DNA from: Tubulanus polymorphus
Lineage: Eukaryota; Animalia; Nemertea
Length of the DNA stretch: 64,000 nt
Assembly: GCF_964204645.1 (NCBI RefSeq)
Contig: NC_134029.1
Location: 23,864,950-23,928,949 of the forward strand
Direction of reading: 5' to 3'
Below, piece by piece: positions 1 to 11,400 of this stretch. The first letter of the stretch is position 1, and every line of letters starts with the position of its first letter. The notes beneath the pieces were generated by a model. It saw only the letters and a list, made by a program, of their open reading frames with translations, was not told where the DNA came from and did not search any database. A program made the translations under genes and the position numbers.

Positions 1-332
1 AAGGGCTAAACATTTCTGAAACATTCGTCAAATCTCTGGATGACGCTGTTCCGCCTATGGCCACGACAGAGAAATGCTTCGCCGTGTTGATAGAATGGAA
101 AAATAATGACCCGACAGCTAATATCCATCAGTTACAACATCGTTTATCAAACATGGACTGTAAAACGATCAGCAGTAAGCATTCGCAGTAATATTTAATG
201 AGGGTGAATCCACCACACAATATGATAAAAGCTATAAACTCATCAATCATTTATTACTGTGCTATTAAATTCATACGATGAAATGGAAATATTCATTCTA
301 CTTTTGCAGACACTATGAACCGATTCACCTGA
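1..332 (+). CDS. 3' end of a gene encoding a C-terminal death-domain-like region (partial)
   Basis: Open frame 3-174 reads GLNISETFVKSLDDAVPPMATTEKCFAVLIEWKNNDPTANIHQLQHRLSNMDCKTIS, which resembles death-domain helices 3-6. GT donor at 175, AG acceptor at 309, short last exon with TGA at 330-332, AATAAA near 416. Confidence 0.55.
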
Positions 333-1577
333 TCAGAAGTCCATTCAGAGTTGTGATCAACCGCGCGTGATTTATTCCGTTAATTTGTATATTCAACATA
401 TCTTTAGTTAGTTAAAATAAATATCTTTTCAAACGAATTCTGTACAAGTTCAATATTCTTAGTTGTTGGCAGTTTGGCAACCTAAACACCGGACAAAACG
501 GAGCAGATGTTAGAAAATTGCCAAGGCCGGCCGGGGTCTAGCGGATACGACCTCGGTGAGACCTGTTCGGATGCGGCCGCCGTTGGAAGCCGTTCTGGGC
601 TCGGTGTTAGATATTTTAGAAGAAATCAACGCTTAACGATGCAATTTCCGGGAGTATGCGTGTCAAATAGGCTGGGACTGGTTTTTAGACTGGTCTACCT
701 TTCAACCCCCTGGGCGCTTACTCGAATTGTTGAGTTTGCCCCCGGGTTAAAGGTACCGGTCAAAACCGGCCCCGGGTTTTTATCTCTCCTCCGCCCGTTC
801 ACAAGTCTGGTAGATCTCAAGACTGTCCACTAGTTTCTGATTTTGACTAGTTTCTAAGTTGTGCACCGAGTTCCAGGTCAGTCACCCCTCATTATTGATA
901 TTGACTGCAAGTCGCGGCCAGGGATGATGCCAGGCAAGCAATCTACTCACCGACCCCCAACCACCAGCAAAATCCGTCCTACCACCGACTCGACGCATGG
1001 TACCCTAGCCCTGTTCGTAAAAAGAAAAAATAAATTCTGTTTTTATTTTCGAAAGTTTTGCGGTATTAACGCCCCGCAAAATAATCGTGTCCGTGAATAT
1101 TGTTACGCTAGCTGTATTCGCATTCCGCGTCTGAATCCGCGTTTTTATCTGCAATAAGTAAAACATGGTTTTGGAATTTACGGACCGGACTATGAACCGG
1201 ACTGATCAAACATATCCTATGTAAATAGCAACAACATGATGACATTTGATTCGTGAACACACGTATCCCGCCACAACTACAGTTATTTAGACAAAACGGG
1301 TAATACAGCATGCTAGATGGCTGGCTCAATTTTAATAGTTAATAGAACTGCTTCTTGGGGTGCAAATCGCAAGTGTCATTTCCACCAGAAACTTTTTTAA
1401 GTCCCAACCAGTCCATCCACGGTTTCGCCCCCAAACAAAGTCCTTAATCTGTCAGTGGTTTAGTTTCACGATCGGATATTTTCACAAACCACATATAACC
1501 ACATTGGTATTAGCCCATCCGATTATAAAAAGCTTGCCACCAACGATTAGATAGCCTAACTATTTCGTCCCTATGCC

Positions 1578-1735
1578 CTGAATACGTCAGTCGTTGTTAC
1601 CGGTTCCCTGTTGTTTGTGAAACGACGGCTAGTAGGTACTGGGGCGAAATAGTCTAGTACCTAGCCGTCGTTCTACAAACAACCCGCAGGGAACCCGTAG
1701 CTTGTAGGGAACCCATAACAACGACCGGTATTCAG
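1578..1735. repeat. Imperfect long inverted repeat (foldback/MITE-like)
   Basis: Left arm CTGAATAC..GTCGTTGTTA..GGTTCCCTG..TTGTTTGT..AACGACGGCTAG..AGGTACT pairs with right arm AGTACCT..AGCCGTCGTT..ACAAACAA..CAGGGAACC..TAACAACGAC..GTATTCAG. Confidence 0.6.
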
Positions 1736-2486
1736 ACTAACTCCTTTCCTGACACTGACAGGTGCTCTATTGAAAAACAGTATAATGGAAAGTGCAGCTT
1801 TTAACTTGACTTGTAAAGCTAGTTTGTTCAGTTGAACAGATTGTAGCTGAGTTGAAAAGTACAGAACACCGATGAATCCACAATTGCATTTGCGTGTTTG
1901 AATAACTAGTTCAGCATAGTTAAAAATCTTTGGCTTCCTGCTGTTCATTTCAAGTCACGAAGAGTCAAGAAAAGATTGATCTATGATATGAATAGTCACT
2001 ATAACCATTGATGAAACACTATAGGCCGTGTTGTAATGATATACATAGAGAATCTCACACTAATAAAATGAGAAAGATGAAGTCCGAAAAATTTCCTTTT
2101 TCAAGCTCTGCCCTAATAATTTATAATTGATTCGTCGTTTCGACTCTAACCTATTAGTCATCTTAACAAATCATCTTAACAAAAAATTAGTTCAGTTTTA
2201 AACGATGTTCAAACATCCGTGAGGGCCTATTCACCCTTACTTTTAGGACCGTGGGCTCAGTTTTACTTCTCTTAAAATAAAATCTAGATTAACGTAATTA
2301 ATGTGGTACTGGTACTGGAAATTGTTTTTTGTAAATCTTGGCCTAGGATTTGAGTTTGAACCTTCTATCATGAACACGTATTAACGGCCTGTCAAACATT
2401 CAAACCTGAGCGAATGCTTTATGTAATCGATACCTTAATCTATTATTTTTCTGATTCCGCAATATTTTGATAGACTTTGTAAGAAG

Positions 2487-5400
2487 ATGGCTACGAAATC
2501 CAGAGCTAAAAGGAAATCACGGGATTCATTGATACAGAACTCTACTGAGGATAGCGATGTTATAAGTGGTAAATGTGGCAAAAACCTCTTGATATATGAT
2601 ATGATGATATGATGTATCTATATGTGCTTTCTGTTTTTGTTAGGCACCAGAAATGAAGGCCTCGTTTCATCAGCAAGTAGTTTGATATCAGTACAAGAAG
2701 CTGAAGAGAACAATAAAACTGATAATGCACCAGTGAGTCAATCCATCATACCAAATATTCATAAAGACTACTTAATATGATGGTTAAACAAAATATCTCG
2801 GAGATTCTCCATCATTGGTAGATATGGCTATGTTCTCAAATTGGCAAAGCTTAAGCCTTTATTTTCAAAATCTCTGGGCTGGGACCCCCAGTTACGTTGA
2901 GTCTTCGGCCGGGATCAAAATTTGCCCTTAATAAGATCTCTATCTTCCATGTCAATGTGAAAAATACTATTAAAAATATTGTCTAGAAAATCCCTGGGTC
3001 TTCCCCCAGGTATCGAATTGGAACTTTGGGAATCTGAATCTGCACTTTGATCATGGTTGGGAAAATCAGTCTGTAAGATTTCCTGTTTTACTTTTGACAG
3101 AAAAATGCCGAAAAACTATCGAAAGAAGGGGCGAATGAGGCTGAAAAACGAGAAAGCCAATTACGAAAGCAGCAGCAGAGAAACGTAACGGAAAGTGTAG
3201 AACTATCGGAGACACCAAATACTTCTAAAACTATCATGGATGGTGAACGTTCAAAACCGAGCACGCCTATCGGTAGTAAGATTGACTTGTTGAGTGGATT
3301 GAGAAAAAATGTCGTCCATCCCGCCCCTGTTGGTAGCTCGGTTTCTTTGAAATCAGACGCAAACTCTAAATCAGGTATTGTAGATATTATCAGAGCTGTG
3401 GCAAGCTTATTTCACATACAATTATTTACATTGAATAAAAAATATAGTTTGAAGTAAATGAAATAAATGCAATATATGACAAGTAAGATTTGGAATGAAG
3501 TCACCTCTCACTACTTTAATGCAGTGATCCAGTTGTAATAGCACCAGGAATTATGTAAGATTATATATAGTCAACAGGTTGGCGCCATTTTCCTGGAAAT
3601 CGGGGAGATTTTTTCATTAGCAGTCGGGTAATAATCAGGGAATTTTGTAAAAAAAGTTTTAATCATGGAAAAGTCAGTGGAAAAGTCAGAAAAGTTTGTT
3701 GAGATTGCTAGATCATGCGTATCGTCGAATAGTTTCAGTTTATGTCTTATATATTTGACGGTGTTAATCGATCGGATTCTTAGCTGTTCAAGTCAACGTG
3801 CATAATAGGGGAATAGTCTGGGGAAAACAAGTCAAATAAATGGCCACCATGATTAAGTCAGTAATCATTTTAAGAAATACAATAGAAAAAGTCAATTTTT
3901 AAGAGAATTTAAGAAAAATAAATCTACTAGGCCCAGTTTCACAAAAAAGTTAAACTCTAATTTTTGTGTCATTTCATAGATTTGAGGAGTTTATTTTCGA
4001 CGCGATCGGAGACGGAATCGACGTTGATTCCTCGCGGTGGAGATCAACACGCGTACGTTCCGTATTTATACGCGAAGAAATGCGTCATCACGATTCTCGA
4101 TGATATGCAGAACATGAAGACAAAACACGTCGAAATTATCCGCGACATCGAAGGGAATTTTCGCACGATCGAGAAAGAATCGCAGGTAACGCATCAGTTT
4201 TAAAAACATTGTCTAATTAGAAAATATATTTTATTTAGAGTTTGATGTATAATAGATTGATAAATAGATTAGAAAATATATTTTAGCGTTTGATTTATAA
4301 TAGATTGATATGACCCTGTTGAATAAATTATGCAACTGTTAAAAACTGTTCAGATTGTCAAGATTGTAAAAGAATCTAAAAGCAATTCTACGGTTGTTGT
4401 AGCTAGGCCTTAGACTTTATAATTGATATTTACATATGTCCTCTAAAAACTAAATCAGAAAACTTCAATTTTCTTTCATCAGCAATTTAAACCTGATCTT
4501 TACTGAGAAAACTAAGAAAACAAGAAATTCTTACATATTGAACGTATTCTTGAGTTAATTCTCGTGATTTCTCTTGTAAGAACCAGAAATTTGAAAATAT
4601 CTGTTGCTACAAATTAAAACCCATTAACTGTTAAATTCTGTTAAAGTGGCTCGGCCAGTGTTCAATTGATTTTGTGAAATTTGGGCTTGCTTCAAAATCT
4701 AAACAAAATTCTAACCAGTGAGCTAAAAGGTAGCTCAGACGAGTTAATTCCTGCGATACGGTTCGGATTGCTCTTCAAATCTTAATCAATTAAATCTATT
4801 TTTCCGTAATAAATGAAGCGAAATATTTCACCGATTTCGCTATCCAATCTCTTAATCGCATCGGGATCGAGCTGCGCTTCGTTGTATAGTTGATTATACG
4901 TGTTGAGACAATAATTATTCTTCCAGTCGAATTCCCGGACACAACTTGCGTTACGTTGATTGAAGTCGCAGTGATTCGGGAAGGTTATCATGTTCGTTTC
5001 GATGTGAATGAGTTCTGGGTGAAATAACGCTACGCCGTACGGTAATTTCTCCGTATAATAAGCCTGTTCTTTCATATCGGCTTCGACCTGATTCGAGTCG
5101 CACGATCTGTATACGAGATCGATGAATCGCGATTGCGGCTTCGCGATGACGATTCCGTTGCTAAGATACTCGTCGTATTGCATTGCCATTGTTGTATCGT
5201 ACGTACGAAGCGCGGCGAATGATTTTAAAGTCATCACGTTCAAATCGACGTAAATACCGCCGTATTCGAATAGAACTTGCAAACCCATAAAGAACGCTCG
5301 ATCAACGGCGCGCAGCAGTTTCATTCCGAGAACTTCACGCGGCGTCTTTATCCGTTTAACTTTTAAATTCCGTATCCACAAAACCGTTTCCGACCACCAT

Positions 5401-8400
5401 TTCCCTCTGGGAGGTTCTTCGCACCAGAAATAGATCGTCTCCGGTTTATTGAACTTATACGCGCTTAAAACGCTTAAGAAATGAACGAAATGAAACTGTC
5501 GGTTACTGGAATCATTCGGCCACGTGTAATGCATTATGTTCGGCACGATGTATTGTTTATGCGGAGTTGGTTGATAGAAGTTGTAGTAGATCAGATGAAC
5601 GGCTTTGATTCGCTGTGACCTATACGCCGGATTTACGCTCCAGTTGATCACGTAAAAGATCCCAAAAACTGCACAGAATAGTCCGATATAATTCACCGCA
5701 TTTCGGTATCTTGTCCTCATCGTCAGCGTCGAATCCTTCATCTAGAAATAGTAATACACGCGGAAATGTGATATTTCACAACCTAATTTATGTTAAATGT
5801 GTAAGAACAACTAAAAAACTGATCCTGATAAAAGTTAAAATGAGAAAAATATGCTAACCTGTTTAAATCAGAGTTTAAAAACGAAATACCCGCTAAGTGC
5901 CTTTCAGGCGACAAAATAAGACAGGAAGTAGAAGATTATCGATATCCTCTCAACCTGATTACATATACATGACATATAGTAACTGATACTAACAGTGTAT
6001 TACACAATTGACATATATTGCCACATGTTGCATTCTAGGCTTCTAGTTTGGTCATCATTGTCATTTAATGAAATGAACCTATTGATTATGCTCATAGTGT
6101 TTATCATTACTGAGGCTTCTAGTTTGGTCATCATTGTCATTTAATGAAATGAACCTATTGATTATGCTCATAGTGTTTATCATTACTGTTTGAAGTGAAG
6201 TGGTGGTCTAGTCAGTTGATTTTACTCTTTTAAACAAAGCTATTCGTAATAATGCAGTCACAATAGAGAATGAGGTTTTAATCCAGGTACAGATTTGAAT
6301 TTTATCAGATAAAAGAATTTTAAAAAACTCACGGTTTCAGACATTTTAAGCTCCTCTGATGCATTCGAGAAGAAAAAGACTTGCTTTGAATTATTGAATA
6401 AGAGAAATTGATTTCAAGGAGTTTTTCCATTTTTTGTAGAACCAGTTTAATCAATTCATACTGAGTTTAAGACAACAATATGGCAAGAAGGTGACAACGT
6501 TCCGACAAGTAATCGAAGCTCACAGGACTGAATTGCTGAGAAAGGAACATTATTGGGATGAAGCTTTAATTGTAAGTAACTATATTTCTATTTCAATATC
6601 GGTTTCAGTTTACCAGTTGATAGTTGATGGAAAGATACGTTATCTTATGAGCAACTTATCATCGAGTGATCCTTTGGTCCGGTTCCATAAAAAGGTTAAT
6701 CTGGAATCAAATTTTTAAATTTCAACTTGAAGAAAAACGATACCAACTAAATCAAACATTTTAGTTTCTCACGGTGGGGAAGCTGAAATATCGACCTTAC
6801 GTATTTAAGGCAGATGAGCCGTGCTCAAATTAAACAACAGAAAAAAAAGAATATTTATGACTTTCGCTTATTCATGAATATTTTTTTAATCAGCAGACTG
6901 TTATGATGATAGAAGTAAGAATGTATTACCTTTCTTTATATTCGCACACAGAGTTTGAGTATGAGAAACAAAACGCTATTGGAGGAAAAACGCCGGTTGT
7001 TGCTGTACATACAATCACTTACTGCACGCGCGCTCATTGAAAAACAGGAGGCAGTCAATAGTTTAACGTCAGACATCGATGACAAAACTCAACAGCTGAA
7101 TAACGGTGTGTACTGTTACAGTTTTTGGATATACAGATTTTTGTTACGCTTTATGATTCAATTTCCTAATCACGATTGCATTATGTTAATTGAGATTGTT
7201 CTAAACGAAATGTTTCGTTATGTAACAAATGATTTTTTATCAGCGCTTGCCAGGTTCAACTTCGTTGTCGGATTCGATTTTGTGATTTCTATTTTTCAGT
7301 TTAATCCTGTTTAACCTACAGGATCTAGTTCCACAGTTGCTGAGTTAAAACGTGGAAAATGGACTCAAAGAGAAAACTCACACTCACAACTATGGAACTG
7401 GGTCCAGAAGCAATTCTTGTCATTAGTTTACTGAATTAGTTTGATAGCATCCCTGTATTGTTTAAAATATTTTGAATACATTCTTCTGCTGGTTTGATTT
7501 TTCTGGCAATATGGGGCACCACTGCTATATCTTGCGTGCTGAACTGAATAACTTTCCATTAGATAGCAGTTACAATTCATGAATTCTGAATTCAAATTTA
7601 AAACGTGCCCAATAACCAATTCTTTCCTCATGCATCTGATATACCGGTACAACTGCACTGTTGTAGTTAGAATATTATACAAACATTGCCATAATTTATT
7701 GATGCCATCTATTCTAGTTACACAATCATTAAAAGAACGTGATGAAGAACTTCTGGCAAAGAAAACTGAAATTGAAAATTTCACACGCGATAAAAAAGTA
7801 GGTATTTTTGCAATTCAATTTACTAGTAATGTAAGTGATCATTTTTCATTAGTTGTCAGCAAAATGAGGGTCTCAACTATGACTACATCGAATCAATGAA
7901 TTTCGTATCCACATACAACTAGACACATTTTTTTAAAGTATGGAAATTGTCCTTAAACGATAATCTAATTAAGTTTGATTTCTACATACATCGGTTGCAT
8001 ACATTTTTTAGTGGAAAGTCGTCATGTTTTGATTGCAATCTCTATAGATATTACAAGGTGAACTCGATGCTGAAAAGTCTGAAGTTGCCCGCTTGAAATC
8101 CGAGTTAAATGAAGCACTAAATGCAGTTACAGCAAACAAAGTAGAAGTTGTCTCTACGACAGCTGCTGTACCTGTTCCTGCTGATGTCGTAATTACTGCT
8201 AGCGATGAAGTAGATACTGGTGCTGCTGCACCTGCTGCACCTGCTCTGCCTGTAGATACAGGTGCCGCTGCACCTGCGTCCGTAGATACGGGTGAAATAA
8301 TCAAACCGGTTGAACTCGTACCTATACCGGCTGTTGCTCCGACGGTCGTGAAGGTTATCGACAATCATCAAATCGATGAGTTGACTCAACGCTTGGAAGA

Positions 8401-11400
8401 TTTAGAGTCTGATCACGAACAATTGTCAGAAGAAAAAAATAGAATTCAACAAGACTTGAACAATGCAAACATGGTACGTTAGTTAAAGATCTTTGAAATA
8501 CGTGTAAATGATTTGAAGTAACAGATAATTTTAAGTACCGTACGATTCTGTGAACGTGGTGAGTGGTGATCTAGGGGTTGACGGTTGTTTGGGTGGAACA
8601 CATATTGCTATTTTCTAAACTGAATATAATTTCAGTTGATCGCTACGTTGGAAACTAAGAATGAAGTATTATCTGAACGCGTGTCAGATTTCCAAACTCT
8701 ACAAGCTCAAGTAACGGTTTTAACAGCTGCAGCTGCTATCGTTGATCAGGAGAAAGCTGATGTAAGTACTGATACATTTCAGCTTTATCAATAGTTTCCA
8801 TTATATCGTCATAATATCATATAGCGTTTTTTTCAATTTAGGAAAAGTTAAAAAAAGTTGAAAACGACAAAGCGTTGATGAAAGAAGAGCTCGAAAATAT
8901 CGATAAAGACTTAGACAAATGGGAAAGCGAATTTAAAGATAGAGAAGGAAGGATGCCAACTGAGAATGACAGGTAAGTGAAAGTCATGAATAAAACAGTT
9001 AAAGTTATCCTTCTTTAAATTCTTAGAATTACGCTTAAAATGTATGATGTATGTATGTATGTAGGTCTGAAGGGATACAAGAGATTTACACACAGAAATA
9101 TGAAGTGGCCGGGATGGTAGAGAATTTGAATAAACAAGTTGAAACACTTGAACAACTGAAAAGTGGCCAGGTCAGTACAAACTGCACTGTCATTATAGTT
9201 ATAGTGAATGATAATAACTGCATCTACAGTCTGTACGCTTTATAGAAAAAGTAGCTGTTTTCAGACTGTGTTTAAATACATTCAGATCATCAATTGTTTG
9301 TGTATATTGATTGTAGATCCCCGAAGCACCGAAACCTGAAATTGCTGCTCCTGAAATACAAGTGAAAACAGTTGAAGTATGTTTTAAACAGCGAGTGAAT
9401 GAGTTCATTTCTCAAATATATAAACATAAAGTATAGATACCAAAACATTTTATGATTAATTGCGTATTAATTGAAAATTTACATATTTGTCGTTTGAAAT
9501 GTATGAAGTGAGCTGTGAATCACTGTTAACTATAAATCACTTTCGCAGGTTCTGGTACCCGATCCAGTTGTTTATGAAAAACTGATTAAAGCTAAAGAAA
9601 AGCTGTCCTCGCAACGTAAAGAAATCTCGAATTTAAAGAATGAATTGGAAGTTGCTAGAAAATCAGCTCCAATTGCTGATAGTGTTGTGGCCCCGCTGGT
9701 TAATCCTCCCATCTCAACTGCTTCTAGTGACAATACAAGCCAGGTAAAATAGTCAAAAAGTTGAGCAATCAAGCATACCCTCTAGGGCGTGTCCAAGGAG
9801 TCTGGATACCCTTTTAATTTTTGATTGACCTTACCCATTGAAAGCACTACGTGTATTTGCAATTTGTATACCAATACATGTTATATTACCTGGAAGCCTG
9901 TTTGAATGCCTACTTGTACCAAATTTTCGGGTACGGATCCAGATACCTTCCTTTAACCTCTGGAAATGCCTTCATCTTTTCCTAAATCCACCCTCACAAT
10001 CGATGAATATAGATGTATAATTTCAGGAAGCACGAGTCGATGATAATCGTATAATCGAGTTAGAATCATTGCTCGCTGAAGAGCAGGCTGCACACGCCGC
10101 CACTCTAGAGGAACTGGAAATTCTGAAAGCTCAACAAGATCAAGAAACTGTCGCTGATAGTGAGGAGGTTATAGGGGTTGTAGAGAAAAATCACCAGCAA
10201 GAAATGAAAACCAAGGAAAAGGTGCATACCTGTGTATATACGCTGTGATCGTCTGTTCATATTTTGATTTATATGGTTTTGTATCACGACTGACAAATTG
10301 TTTATATCGAATATTTCAGGAAATTGAAAATCTTAAGAATGAGATCACTCAGTTGGAAGATGAACGTCATAAATCATTACCAGCGAGTGCTATAGCTGAA
10401 GTGAAGAAACTAAGAGAACGTGTGGTAGGCTTTTATTACGAGTTTTGAATTAATGTATATGGTTCAGTACTCGCAAGTAACTTGTCGGATTTTTAAGGCT
10501 ATACAAAATCAATCCTTTAGTTTCACAAGTAACGAATGTGATGTCAGAAAAACTTTTGAAATCATTTCTTGTCAATTTTTAAGGCTAGACAATATTGATC
10601 GTATCTCAAGTTGTTGAAGCTTAATTGAAAATTTTATATTCATATCTTAGTCTAAGGTTGAGAAAGAAAAAGCCGCAGTCAGTGCGTCGAAGAATGCTTT
10701 GATCAATTCTGAGGCACAGATGCAAATGAGAGTGAAGGGCCTGGAAAGACTTCTGGAAAAACAGAAAAAAGATGCAGCAGCTGCACCTGTAAGATTCGAT
10801 GAATGATACTTATAGAGGGAATCTTTGTTTGAATTCATAATCGTTTTCAAATATACTCCAAATATACTCTATTCTTTTGCTATATAGAAAGTTGGCAAAG
10901 ATTCTGGAGCTGGTAAAGATCAGAGTGCTGGCCTTAAACGGGAAAATACCGAACTTAAAGACCAGATTCGGCAGCTGGAAGCGCAACTGAAGAGAGCGTC
11001 TGCACCTGGGGCAGGAGCTGGTGGCATGGATCTAGTAAGAACTACATATAATAAACAGCGAGTTCTCTGCGATAGATTGAACATTGAAATGATTAACACT
11101 ATTTTCTTCCATTGATAGAAACAACAGAAAAAGCAGGAGAAAGTATTGAAGGAGTTAGAGAAGAAATATGAGTTGGAGAAAAAGAAAGCTGAACGAAATG
11201 ATGATAATTTCAAAAAACGTGATGAAGAATTTGTGAATTTGAAGAAGGTATGATTTTTGAAAATCTTTATAAAAAGATAATTTGATAATAATTGAAATTT
11301 GAAAATGTTTATTAGTTGTAAATCGGTAATTAATCGAAAACACTTTTTGTGACTTTTCTTTATGTAGGAATTCGATGATATACAGAACAAACTGATGAAA

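Noticed and set aside
507-1948. ORFs of 64-108 aa from the ORF track
   Set aside because: No recognisable domain or consistent splice structure; likely spurious.
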